64,000 nt of DNA from the NCBI GenBank assembly GCA_020053475.1, contig JAGVNC010000084.1, positions 4,201-68,200 of the forward strand, read 5' to 3'. Source of the stretch: Candidatus Omnitrophota bacterium (GTDB taxonomy: Bacteria > Omnitrophota > Gorgyraeia > Zapsychrales > Zapsychraceae). Each line of letters opens with the position of its first letter. The first letter of the stretch is position 1. Below, in pieces: positions 1-10,670 of this stretch. The notes below the pieces were generated by a model that was not told the origin of the DNA, searched no databases, and saw only the letters and a program-made list of their open reading frames with translations. The position numbers and the translations under genes were made by a program.

Positions 1-931
1 TCTCCGACAACGCCCTCGAGATTTCATCAAATGGCGGTTGCCCCTGATAATACAAGGCTGAGGTTACCTTGTATTCTTGCTCATAAAGTTTTCTTAATTG
101 TTCATCTTTCAGCAAGAAAGCCTCTTGTTGGGCAATAGGAATTTTCTGATCTGCGGCAGGGAATCTTTTCTTTTTATGTTGCTGATATTTTTCTGTTCCT
201 ATAAATTCTTGAACGGTCTTATTCTTTAAAAGGCATGCGACATCATAATAATGCCTGATAAAGTTAGCAGGCATTATTCCCGTTTCTTGCTGTTTGCGAA
301 ACTTCGTTGCGATCGTTTGCAATTTTTCAACAAATGTATAACCCGGATGGTAGCACAAAACACCACGAGCTCTATTATCCTTAACCTTCAGTCCATTCTG
401 CAACGCAAAATCAAGCGCCCAAGAACTAATATCCATCGGACTGTTGGGTGTCACCTCATCAAATCCAACTTCGAACAATACGCCCTCTTTTATGCCCCCA
501 GCAACAGGAAAAGCGGATTTGTAAAAAAGTCGGATACCGCCGCTAAAATATTTCTCATTGTCAAATTCCGTGTCACGAACAATTCTTTGTATCCCGTCAA
601 TTTTAATTTTCTTCGCTAACCAATCATAATATTGCTTGCGGCTCGCGCAATGATCCGGTTTTATATGATTCGGGCCAGTTTTCACGTCCCTATCGTTGGG
701 TGGCTCGATACAAATATCAATATCTTCTGAAAACCGATGAACAATGTCATATCCTTTAGAAAGCGACGTACCGCCCTTGAGTTCAAATTTGAATCCCTCT
801 TGTTGAAGGCCATATAAGACATGCATCATCCAGTAATCTTTTTCAACCAAACTGCGTTCAATTTTTTTGTCACGCTCTACCGCCAGCAGAAGCTTTCTAA
901 ATTCTGGATGATTGTGAAGATAATCAGACAT
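1..931 (-). CDS. AbiEii/AbiGii-family nucleotidyltransferase toxin (type IV TA), C-terminus runs off window start
   Basis: Minus-strand translation from ATG at 931-929 reads MSDYLHNHPEFRKLLLAVE...ELKGGTSLSKGYDIVHRFSEDIDI, the GG-T...RFSEDID nucleotidyltransferase motif of DUF1814/AbiEii. The start overlaps the upstream AbiEi stop (ATGTCTGA). Not in the ORF track because no stop lies inside the window. Confidence 0.6.
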   Translation of the reverse strand, partial: MSDYLHNHPEFRKLLLAVERDKKIERSLVEKDYWMMHVLYGLQQEGFKFELKGGTSLSKGYDIVHRFSEDIDICIEPPNDRDVKTGPNHIKPDHCASRKQYYDWLAKKIKIDGIQRIVRDTEFDNEKYFSGGIRLFYKSAFPVAGGIKEGVLFEVGFDEVTPNSPMDISSWALDFALQNGLKVKDNRARGVLCYHPGYTFVEKLQTIATKFRKQQETGIMPANFIRHYYDVACLLKNKTVQEFIGTEKYQQHKKKRFPAADQKIPIAQQEAFLLKDEQLRKLYEQEYKVTSALYYQGQPPFDEISRALSE

Positions 932-1559
932 GAGCTAAAGATTCCCCTGAGATCCACTGATTAAATAAAGTTTTCGTTCTTTCACCTGCATACGCATTGA
1001 CCGCACGCTTCATTTGCGATTCTGGTTCCTTCAGCACTTTTTCTTTAACGCTTTGCAAAACATCTTCCCGATCTTCCGCTAATTCATTTAAATTATTCAA
1101 CAAATCAACCAATAAAAACGCTTCGGAAAGCTCTTTAGGAAATTTATGTTTTAAACGAAAATCAAACTCCTTGCCCCCAAGCACAAACAAACCATGCCGT
1201 TTATGATTATAAACAATCCGCTTGTTGTACAATTGCGTTGTTCCCACCCCTAATGAATTATAAAGATTAGGCGACGTTAAAAGAAAATCATCGCTTTTCA
1301 AGAAAGCCCGCACCAACTTTTCATCTTCCGGTGGCACAGGACCAAAAGAGGCTTTTGCGGGATAATAATACACCCCTTGCGCCATTTTTTGCAGAGTCCC
1401 CTCCTCAACCAGTTGCTTTAAATGCCGGTCAACCGCAGTCGACCATTGCTCAAGATCAACCCTACGGTAAACCTGCCCTGGTCTTAGATATTTTTTTAGC
1501 CCTTCAAGTGCGTTCATTTTGACCACCTCCCACACTTCAAGTATAAAAGATTTCCTCAA
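924..1559 (-). CDS. AbiEi-family antitoxin / transcriptional regulator (type IV TA)
   Basis: 211 aa protein immediately upstream of, and overlapping, the AbiEii-like gene. Size and position are typical of AbiEi; no strong motif check possible by eye. Confidence 0.5.
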   Translation of the reverse strand: MRKSFILEVWEVVKMNALEGLKKYLRPGQVYRRVDLEQWSTAVDRHLKQLVEEGTLQKMAQGVYYYPAKASFGPVPPEDEKLVRAFLKSDDFLLTSPNLYNSLGVGTTQLYNKRIVYNHKRHGLFVLGGKEFDFRLKHKFPKELSEAFLLVDLLNNLNELAEDREDVLQSVKEKVLKEPESQMKRAVNAYAGERTKTLFNQWISGESLAHV

Positions 1560-1732
1560 AATTGCAAGTATTTTTATTTAAATTTCATGCAAATTATGCG
1601 GAGAATATATGCTGTATTCTCCGCTTTTAATTTTGTATCCATGGTAATCTCCTCCCCTAAAAATAGAAGACCCGCTCTCTTCCCGTGGGGGATGAGAGCG
1701 GGTCCTATTTTCCTTATCCGGAAATAAGGAAT

Positions 1733-1809
<77 letters not shown>

Positions 1810-1817
1810 ATATTCAT

Positions 1818-1926
1818 TTAAACTCAAAACTCTAAACTCTAAATAAATTCAAAATTCAAAACCCAAATGTTTGAGTTTGATCCTTTGAGTTTATTTAGGA
1901 TTTTGGATTTAGGGTTTGGAGTTTTC
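1818..1926. repeat. Family-A intergenic hairpin repeat (degenerate YTAAA/CAAAA units, imperfect inverted repeat), copy 1
   Basis: aaactcaaaactctaaactctaaataaattcaaaattcaaaacccaaatg is followed by its approximate reverse complement tttgagttt...atttaggattttggatttagggtttggagtttt. The same architecture recurs at 3772, 6529 and 24736. Confidence 0.6.
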
Positions 1927-2187
1927 TGTGTTATCCATCTTCATGATCATCTCGCCTTCTTTGGCGAGGCCCATCTTTTCACGGGCGACCTTCTCTAAAT
2001 ACACAGGATCATCTTCTAAGCGACGCTTTTCTTCATGCAAGGCTAGATTCTCTTCTTTCAATTCAACGATCTTCTGCCTATATTCTTCGTTCCTGCGATT
2101 CAAGTCCCGCTTCTGGGAATACGACGGAACAAAAATGAACAACAAAAAAACTCCAAAGACAATCAGCCAGAAATATTGTTTGAACAT
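1909..2187 (-). CDS. ftsB: cell division protein FtsB/DivIC family (septum formation initiator)
   Basis: 92 aa with an N-terminal TM helix followed by a coiled coil (EEYRQKIVELKEENLALHEEKRRLEDDPVYLEKVAREKMGL), located directly downstream of eno as in many bacteria. Confidence 0.55.
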   Translation of the reverse strand: MFKQYFWLIVFGVFLLFIFVPSYSQKRDLNRRNEEYRQKIVELKEENLALHEEKRRLEDDPVYLEKVAREKMGLAKEGEMIMKMDNTENSKP

Positions 2188-2253
2188 GTTAAGTCTACAC
2201 CCTCACTCTGGTTCGGGTGTAAAATTTTTTGGTCTTTGACAGATCAAAAAATT

Positions 2254-3652
<1,399 letters not shown>

Positions 3653-3771
3653 TGCCAAATTATCACAGTTTGTTATCAAAGTCAAGCCCGCTATAGGCCC
3701 TGCAGATGGCCCGGGAATAGAGAATTCCTGCCTTTTGCGTTCCTGGGGTTTGTGGTATACTTAAGCAAATG

Positions 3772-3893
3772 AAATCCAAAATCCTAAACTCTAAATTCCA
3801 AATAAACTCAAAATTCAAAATACAAAACATCATTTGTCTTTTGGATTTTAGATTTATTTAGGATTTAATGTTTTGAGTTTAGGGTTTTATTAA
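3772..3893. repeat. Family-A intergenic hairpin repeat, copy 2 (divergent eno / ftsH-like spacer)
   Basis: aaatccaaaatcctaaactctaaattccaaataaactcaaaattcaaaatacaaaacatcatttg / tcttttggattttagatttatttaggatttaatgttttgagtttagggtttt. Confidence 0.6.
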
Positions 3894-3919
3894 ATATTTC
3901 TTTAGAAAGGCCACGGGAC

Positions 3920-5608
3920 ATGAAAAAATTCATCGTTTTTCTTAAACTGAACTGGTTAAAAATCATTCTAGGAATCCTCCTCCTCGCTACGATCGTCGGC
4001 TGTTTTTACTTCATCCGTTATTGTTTCATCAGTTTCTCCGGCCTCGAAAATTTCAGCAAAAAAACCATTGCCGGGCAAATGGCCCTTCTGTTGCCGATGT
4101 TTGCCCTTGTTCAGCTCATCACCCTGCCAATCATGTTGGGAATGCAATATTACTTTATGCAAGGCGGCGGATTAGGCAAAGTGGGCACCGAAAAACTTTC
4201 CAAAGCCGAAGTTAATGTGAAATGGGACGAAGTGATCGGGATGGAAGGCGCGAAACGTGAAGCCTGGGAAATCGTCAAACTTTTGAAGGATCGTTCGCTT
4301 CTCAAAGCCATTGGCGGAAAAATCGTCAAAGGGACGCTCATGATCGGCCCGCCGGGATGCGGGAAAACGTATCTGGCCAAGGCCATTGCTACCGAATGCG
4401 GGTTACCGATGATCTCCGCGGTGGGAAGCGAATTTGTCGGGATGTTCGTCGGCCAAGGCACGGCGCGCATGAAATCTCTTTTTAAACAAGCGCGCGGCAT
4501 GGCATCCCTGGAAGGCGGCTGCATTATTTTCATCGATGAGATTGATTCCTTTGCCAGGCCCCGTGGGGCCGATATGGGATTTGGCGGCGGACGCTTAGAC
4601 ATGAACGCCACAATCAATCAGTTCTTGACCGAAATGGATGGGTTACGCCGTCATGAAAACAACATCATCGTGATCGCAGCCACCAACGTCGCGGAAAATG
4701 AACTAGATTCCGCGATTACCCGCGCCGGACGCTTTGACCGCAAAATCCACATTTCCAAACCTAATCTTGAAGAGCGCAAAGATCTTTTCAAATTCTATTT
4801 ATCCCGCGTGAATGCCGACTCAAACTGTGATGCTGATTTGCTGGCGCGTAAGGCTTTGGGATTCTCCCCTTCCGATATCGACAGCATGGTCCGCGAATCC
4901 GGCTTGATCGCCCTGCGCGAAAAAACGGATAAAATTACGATGAAATTTTTAAACGAAGCGTATGACAGGGTGAGCTTTGGCCTGAAATCCAACATCACAT
5001 TAACCAAAGAAGAAAAAGTCTGGACCGCGTATCACGAAGCCGGCCATGCGGTGATTGCTTATCTCACGCATCCAACCAACGACGTCATCAAAGCCACCAT
5101 CATTCCGCATAAGGGAGCGTTGGGATTTGTATCACAGCGGCCCGTTGAAGAACTGCATTCGTCCAATCGTGAACACTTATTGGCCAACATCAAAGTGAAT
5201 GTGGCCAGTTACGTAGCTGAACAATTAAAATTTAATACAACATCGAGCGGTGTCGGCGGCGGACGCGGGAGTGACTTTGACAGCGCCATGCGCATCGCCC
5301 GCGCCATGGCCTACAGCTTTGGCATGGGAAAATCGGGATTGATCGGTGATTTTGCCGCAACCGCCGATGGGCATGGGAATTTACAAATTTCGGAAAAGAC
5401 CAAAGAAATGCTCGATAACGACGTGCAGGAAATCCTCCAAGATTGCATCAAAGAAGTCCGTCAAATCCTAACGGATAAAAAAGATTTACTAGAATACTTT
5501 GCCCAAGAACTATTACGCAAAGAAGAACTCGAATACGATGACATTGTCGCGATCTTCGATAAATTCAATCTTAAATCCGCCGCTCGTACGCAGATCAAAA
5601 TTTCATGA
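3920..5608 (+). CDS. FtsH-family ATP-dependent zinc metalloprotease paralog (AAA+ plus M41 peptidase) without a periplasmic domain
   Basis: Two N-terminal TM helices about 25 aa apart. Walker A GPPGCGKT, Walker B IIFIDEIDS, second region of homology ATN...RAGRFDR, and HEAGHA zinc motif followed by M41-type C-terminal blocks. 562 aa. Confidence 0.75.
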   Translation: MKKFIVFLKLNWLKIILGILLLATIVGCFYFIRYCFISFSGLENFSKKTIAGQMALLLPMFALVQLITLPIMLGMQYYFMQGGGLGKVGTEKLSKAEVNVKWDEVIGMEGAKREAWEIVKLLKDRSLLKAIGGKIVKGTLMIGPPGCGKTYLAKAIATECGLPMISAVGSEFVGMFVGQGTARMKSLFKQARGMASLEGGCIIFIDEIDSFARPRGADMGFGGGRLDMNATINQFLTEMDGLRRHENNIIVIAATNVAENELDSAITRAGRFDRKIHISKPNLEERKDLFKFYLSRVNADSNCDADLLARKALGFSPSDIDSMVRESGLIALREKTDKITMKFLNEAYDRVSFGLKSNITLTKEEKVWTAYHEAGHAVIAYLTHPTNDVIKATIIPHKGALGFVSQRPVEELHSSNREHLLANIKVNVASYVAEQLKFNTTSSGVGGGRGSDFDSAMRIARAMAYSFGMGKSGLIGDFAATADGHGNLQISEKTKEMLDNDVQEILQDCIKEVRQILTDKKDLLEYFAQELLRKEELEYDDIVAIFDKFNLKSAARTQIKIS

Positions 5609-6525
5609 ACGCCCGGACGTTCGTCTTAGCTCTCCTCGGCCTTAGTATTTTCATCACCGGCTGCGGCCCGTCTCCCGTAAACGAAAAGAAAATCGCTTCG
5701 TCCGAGGCTTACACAAAATTCCTGCAAATCGCTAAAGAAGACTACAATCTTGAGCCCGTCACTCACTGGGTGAAAAATACACTGTGGATTTATTTACCGA
5801 TCACGGAAAGTTTGTTCGATTTAAAAGCCAAGGATGCCTCTCCAACCAACGACCAACCATCGGAGAAATATAATATTCAATTTATTGATGGAGCCTATCA
5901 GGATCGACGGTTTGTGATTACTTACGACATTGCCAAAGCACGGGTTTATCCCAAAGATTACGGCTACGGCACATCCTATTCCCAAGAGTATCAGCATAAG
6001 CAGCGCAATCTCATGACAGCCATCACACGCGCTTTTGAAAATGCTCAAGAAAAACCGGAATTCCTTGTCATCGTCATCGCTGACATCAACAAAGGCATTG
6101 AGCTCAAAATGACCGTGGCTTATCAGGATTTAGACCGCGCGTCAAAAGATCAGACATTTTATGAAGAGTACGCTTATCGCGCTGTCTTGACGCCTCCTCA
6201 AGGCAACACGGCCATCATTGATGACAAGACAGGAACGCATCTTGATTACAAACCGGTGGCGTGGCCGGATTTTCTCGCCAAACAAATCGTCTATCGGATC
6301 CAGTTCAAATACCAGCAAAGCTCGTTCCCTCCGACGGATACGCCCGAGCAAACAATCCTCTCGGCCGTGGCCCAAACGCTTAAGGCGTACAATTTCACGG
6401 ATTATGCTGGGGTTGTCTTAAGAAATTTGGCTTCCGATGAGACGAAGGTCGTCGATCAAGCGGCCATCGCTGCGTTGCCTACCGAAGAATCAAAGGGAAG
6501 GTTGATTGAGATTAAATTTCGTTAA
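5605..6525 (+). CDS. lipoprotein of unknown function, co-translated with the FtsH-like protease
   Basis: ATGA start/stop overlap with the upstream gene. Signal peptide with lipobox LSIFITGCG. No recognisable catalytic motif. Confidence 0.5.
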   Translation: MNARTFVLALLGLSIFITGCGPSPVNEKKIASSEAYTKFLQIAKEDYNLEPVTHWVKNTLWIYLPITESLFDLKAKDASPTNDQPSEKYNIQFIDGAYQDRRFVITYDIAKARVYPKDYGYGTSYSQEYQHKQRNLMTAITRAFENAQEKPEFLVIVIADINKGIELKMTVAYQDLDRASKDQTFYEEYAYRAVLTPPQGNTAIIDDKTGTHLDYKPVAWPDFLAKQIVYRIQFKYQQSSFPPTDTPEQTILSAVAQTLKAYNFTDYAGVVLRNLASDETKVVDQAAIAALPTEESKGRLIEIKFR

Positions 6526-6528
6526 AGC

Positions 6529-6659
6529 AAACTCAAAACTCTAAATCCTAAACAAATCCAAAACTCAAAATCCTAAACCCAAAATAAACTCAAAACATAA
6601 AATCCAAAAAATTTGGATTTTGTATTTTGGGTTTGTTTAGAGTTTAGGATTTAGGGTTT
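6529..6659. repeat. Family-A intergenic hairpin repeat, copy 3 (convergent lipoprotein / purN spacer)
   Basis: aaactcaaaactctaaatcctaaacaaatccaaaactcaaaatcctaaacccaaaataaactcaaaacataaaatccaaaaaa / tttggattttgtattttgggtttgtttagagtttaggatttagggtttc. Confidence 0.6.
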
Positions 6660-7259
6660 CTCAACAATTTCCACCCTTCTCCCCTTCATTGTCAATCTTC
6701 CCTCGACAAAGAGCTGGATCGCTTTCGGATAGATGCGGTGTTCGATTTTGTGAATTTTTTCGGTAAGAGTTTCGATCGTATCGCTTTCAGCGATCTTGAT
6801 CGCGTCCTGCAGGATAATGGGGCCGTGGTCCATTTTCTCGTCGACAAAATGGACCGTTGCACCGGTCACTTTAGCGCCGTAGGTAAACGCATCTTTGATG
6901 CCGTCAAGGCCTTTAAATGATGGCAACAACGACGGATGGATGTTTAGGATTTTACGCGCATAAGTTTTTACAAAAAATGCCGATACTAACCGCATATACC
7001 CGGCCAGGACGATAAAATCAATCTGTTCCTGCTTCAAATGGATGGTGAGTTGCCGGTCATAGCTCGTCGGGGTCGCGTAGTCCTGGGGATTCAAAAACAA
7101 TGTTTTGATGCCGGCGTCTTGGGCCCGCTTAAGGGCAGGGGCTTTACGGTTGTTGGACACGACTAACGCCAATTCTCCGGTAATCGTTCCGGCCTTGACC
7201 GCATCGATAATGGCCTGCAGATTAGATCCATGCCCGGAAGCAAAGACTGCGAATTTCAT
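6651..7259 (-). CDS. purN: phosphoribosylglycinamide formyltransferase
   Basis: MKFAVFASGHGSNLQAIIDA...NIHPSLLPSFKGLD...HFVDEKMDHGPII, the classic PurN blocks; 202 aa. Confidence 0.85.
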   Translation of the reverse strand: MKFAVFASGHGSNLQAIIDAVKAGTITGELALVVSNNRKAPALKRAQDAGIKTLFLNPQDYATPTSYDRQLTIHLKQEQIDFIVLAGYMRLVSAFFVKTYARKILNIHPSLLPSFKGLDGIKDAFTYGAKVTGATVHFVDEKMDHGPIILQDAIKIAESDTIETLTEKIHKIEHRIYPKAIQLFVEGRLTMKGRRVEIVEKP

Positions 7260-7267
7260 TTTAAATT

Positions 7268-7316
7268 ATCCTTTTTTAAAAGTCACTCGTCGCTAGTCTC
7301 TCGTTGCTAGAGACGA
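7268..7316. repeat. Family-D palindromic repeat (tctcgtctct ... agagacgaga core)
   Basis: cactcgtcgctagtctctcgttgctagagacgagaggcgagc. A second copy with the same core lies at 53036-53088. Confidence 0.4.
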
Positions 7317-7356
7317 GAGGCGAGCACCGAGAGACTGATGACTCTTTACTCAACAA

Positions 7357-8643
7357 TTATGCCATGCCGACCCCAGCAACCGCAAGGGTCGATTTGCGGG
7401 TCTTCCATAATCCCACTCCTCCATACACAGCGCAACCCATCCCGACGACCGATAGAATCCAACCCTTGTCGACAAACTCCGACACCCAGGAACTAATGAG
7501 CATCGCCACCAGAAAAGCAAAATGGATGACAATTTCCATCGAGCTAAAGACCTTGCCGCGCATTTCCTCATTACTGACCAAATGGATAATTGTATTCGAC
7601 GCCACAAAGACCGGCCCGATCGTGAATCCCCAAACACAGGCTAAAATCATCCCTAAGAAAATATTGGGGTATTGATAGATCAACATCGCAAATGTCAGAA
7701 GCATCAATCCTCCGGCCATTAAACACGCGCCGATGGTCCTTTGCCAAGAGATATTTTTCCCCCACTTGCCATAGGCCATGACACCGCTAAAAAGGCCGAT
7801 CACCAAAAATACAGCCAAAATCCCCAAGTCTTTGGTGACGCTATGAAACCTCTCCTGGATAAAGACAATCATGACGACATAAATCGAACCCGCTGCGGCC
7901 AAAAGGACAAAAAATGTATTCATCACAAAACGAATTTCAGATTGTTTAAATAGATACATGACCCCTTCGCGCATTTCATCCCACAGGGACTTTTTGATGG
8001 TAACGGCAATTTCTTTAGTGCGCTGGAGAATCATGGTCCGCGTCGGCCGGTACGATAATAACCTCCAGGGAAGGCGCATATTAAATAAAAGGAACGCGGA
8101 AATAAAAAATGTAATGGAATCGATGAGAAAGCCGTTGCGGGCGCCAAAATATTCGATGAGGAAAGCCCCCACCATCCCCCCTAAGCCCGCGGCAATCATT
8201 CCCGTCGTGGTGACCAACGAATTGGCCTTCAATAAACTCTCCGAGCCAACAACGTCAGGGATGATCGACATTTTGGCCGGAACATAAAAACGGCTGCAAC
8301 AAAAACTTAAAAAAACCACAATATAAATAGGAATCATCGACTCCCAGAAAATAAAAACGAACGGAATGGTCAAGATCAACATCCCGCGGATCAAATCACA
8401 GATCAATAACGTTGTGCGTTTGTCCCAGCGGTCCACAAGCACCCCGGCAAACGGCTGCACCAAAAAAACAGGAATGATCGTAAACGCAAGCAGCTTGGCC
8501 AACCCAAGGGTGGATGATCCTGAAGAGCGTTCGGCAATGAGCCCGATCAGCGCCAATTGATGAACGCGGTCCCCAAACTGGGAAATCAATTGGGCCAACC
8601 ACAGATGTGAAAAATTACGATTTTTGATCAGAAATCCTATCAT
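7357..8643 (-). CDS. MFS transporter
   Basis: 428 aa, about 12 TM segments, and an N-terminal FGDR-type motif typical of major facilitator proteins. Confidence 0.7.
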   Translation of the reverse strand: MIGFLIKNRNFSHLWLAQLISQFGDRVHQLALIGLIAERSSGSSTLGLAKLLAFTIIPVFLVQPFAGVLVDRWDKRTTLLICDLIRGMLILTIPFVFIFWESMIPIYIVVFLSFCCSRFYVPAKMSIIPDVVGSESLLKANSLVTTTGMIAAGLGGMVGAFLIEYFGARNGFLIDSITFFISAFLLFNMRLPWRLLSYRPTRTMILQRTKEIAVTIKKSLWDEMREGVMYLFKQSEIRFVMNTFFVLLAAAGSIYVVMIVFIQERFHSVTKDLGILAVFLVIGLFSGVMAYGKWGKNISWQRTIGACLMAGGLMLLTFAMLIYQYPNIFLGMILACVWGFTIGPVFVASNTIIHLVSNEEMRGKVFSSMEIVIHFAFLVAMLISSWVSEFVDKGWILSVVGMGCAVYGGVGLWKTRKSTLAVAGVGMA

Positions 8644-10670
8644 AATCCTAACTTTGTTAAAGCCTGCCGGCCTTCTTGCGCCAAAGGATGAGTGGCATTG
8701 TGCGACAACACATAATCAAACATTTGCCTGGCTTTCCCGACGTCCCCTTTGCTCAAATACGCCCATCCTAACACGGCCTGCGCCTGGTCTTCCTGGACCA
8801 ATGATGGTTGATTTGTTTCAACCAAATAAATGGCCTGATCATAAAATCGATGGGCATAAAGCTCTTCGGCAAAAAACACCAAAATACGTTTCATATTATA
8901 CCGTTTCTTAAAAAGAGTATCCATCACTTGCTGATATTTATCCTTTTGATGGTCCAGAAGATAGCTCATGGCCAAATATTGCAGGATAGAAACGTCGAAG
9001 GGGCTTAGATAAACGGCCTTTTCAAGATATTGAATGGCTTTAGAGTATTCCCCCTGCCGATAATGGGCCTCGCCCAACAGCCGATATCCGTCGATGTTTT
9101 CAGGGTCGTGTGTGACGACGTCCTCAAGCCCCTTTAACCCTTCATCAATTTTGCCTGTTTCCAATTCACAAACAGCTAACTCAACACGCGCCTCGAAATT
9201 TTCGGGATTGAACTCCACTGCCTGTTCTAAATATTTGTTGGCTTGAATGTAATCGCCTTGGGCGTGATAAATATTCCCTAACCGTTTGATCCACAAACTC
9301 TTTTTAGCGGGTGATTGCTGACGATCAATCATGGATTGGACGGCGTCACGGTCGTCATTATATTTCATTAATAGCTGCTCGAAGGCGATGGATGGCCGGC
9401 TCTCTTTCTGGGCCACCCGGCCCAACAGATGCTGTTCCGTCGTCCAGTGGGCATTGCTCCATACGGTAGCACCGGTAAAATAAATCAGGAGTAAACTGAA
9501 AAATATTTTTTGCCAACGGGATTGCAGATGGACCAGAATGGTCGCTAGGATTAACACAAGCCCTAATGAAGAAAAATAAAGAAAATGCTCCGACAGATAG
9601 GGGCCGATCTTCATCAACATCCGTCGCGTAATGAATAAAGATAATGACCCAATCATTAACCACAGCCAGCCCAAGATTAACGCTTTTCTAGCATCCGTAA
9701 GTGTTGGCTTGATGGCCCACACCCGATAACTCCCGGCGCCCAAGAGTGTCAATCCGATCAAAATCAGAACATGATGGACCCCGGGTATTTGCCACGCGAG
9801 AGAGAACATTGTCCACGGGAAAAGAAATCGCATGTTATATTCGAGGCTTAAAAGAAGCCAATCGGCCAGGGCCTTCAAAGATAAATGGTGTAATTGCGGG
9901 TCACGGATGATCGGATAAAAATTTAAGCGAAAGAGATAATAACTCAATGCCAACAAAAAAAGAGCGATGAGCCCCAGCTTTATCCGCCGATGATTGATTG
10001 TTGCAGGATGAACCATGCTTAAACAACCTGCGAATAAAGGCAATAAAAGGCTCGCTTCTCTTGATAAAAGAGCGGCCGTGAATCCCAGGATGATGAATAG
10101 AAACCAGGCAGGATTAGTTCCTGCTGATCCATAGCGCCAGAATCCGATCAAGCAAGCTAAAGAAAAGAATGTTTGCAATAAATCGGCGCGGCCGGAGATG
10201 TAATTCACGGCCCATTCGTTAGTGGGCAGCACGCTAAATAATAAGCCTGCGATCAACGCTAACGAGCGTTGCTGAAATATCAGCCACAATAAATAATAAA
10301 TCAGCCAGGCATTCGCCGCGTGAATGAGCACATTGACCACTCGAAATCCCCAGGGGGCCAGCCCGGTCAATTGGGCATTGAGTGCCAAGGATAAATGCAC
10401 GAGCGGCCGGTAATATCCTAAATTTTCGGCGGTGGCACCCGATGCTGGGTCCGATCCTTTAGCGGCCGACGCTTTAAAAGCATCAAAAAAATCCCGCGAC
10501 CAAACGGTCTTGATTAATTCAGGCTGTTGAATGACAGGGTTTTGTTCGACCACCACATGCGCGTCGAGAATGTATTCACTGTTCAAGCCCAATGAGTAGA
10601 TGATGCAATTAAGCAAAACGAAAAAAACGAACGTGGCAGCAGGAGAAGACGTTAGGCGTGGGGGAATCAA
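8640..10670 (-). CDS. TMTC/PMT-like GT-C family membrane protein with C-terminal TPR repeats
   Basis: N-terminal polytopic region with a YYRPLVHLS loop motif shared with the adjacent paralog. C-terminal about 250 aa of TPR-like repeats. TTG start with a 4-nt overlap to the upstream gene. Confidence 0.55.
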   Translation of the reverse strand: MIPPRLTSSPAATFVFFVLLNCIIYSLGLNSEYILDAHVVVEQNPVIQQPELIKTVWSRDFFDAFKASAAKGSDPASGATAENLGYYRPLVHLSLALNAQLTGLAPWGFRVVNVLIHAANAWLIYYLLWLIFQQRSLALIAGLLFSVLPTNEWAVNYISGRADLLQTFFSLACLIGFWRYGSAGTNPAWFLFIILGFTAALLSREASLLLPLFAGCLSMVHPATINHRRIKLGLIALFLLALSYYLFRLNFYPIIRDPQLHHLSLKALADWLLLSLEYNMRFLFPWTMFSLAWQIPGVHHVLILIGLTLLGAGSYRVWAIKPTLTDARKALILGWLWLMIGSLSLFITRRMLMKIGPYLSEHFLYFSSLGLVLILATILVHLQSRWQKIFFSLLLIYFTGATVWSNAHWTTEQHLLGRVAQKESRPSIAFEQLLMKYNDDRDAVQSMIDRQQSPAKKSLWIKRLGNIYHAQGDYIQANKYLEQAVEFNPENFEARVELAVCELETGKIDEGLKGLEDVVTHDPENIDGYRLLGEAHYRQGEYSKAIQYLEKAVYLSPFDVSILQYLAMSYLLDHQKDKYQQVMDTLFKKRYNMKRILVFFAEELYAHRFYDQAIYLVETNQPSLVQEDQAQAVLGWAYLSKGDVGKARQMFDYVLSHNATHPLAQEGRQALTKLGL

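Noticed and set aside
251-619. 122-aa plus-strand ORF
   Set aside because: Lies antisense within the AbiEii-like gene, which has a strong motif-supported reading on the minus strand; no motifs of its own.
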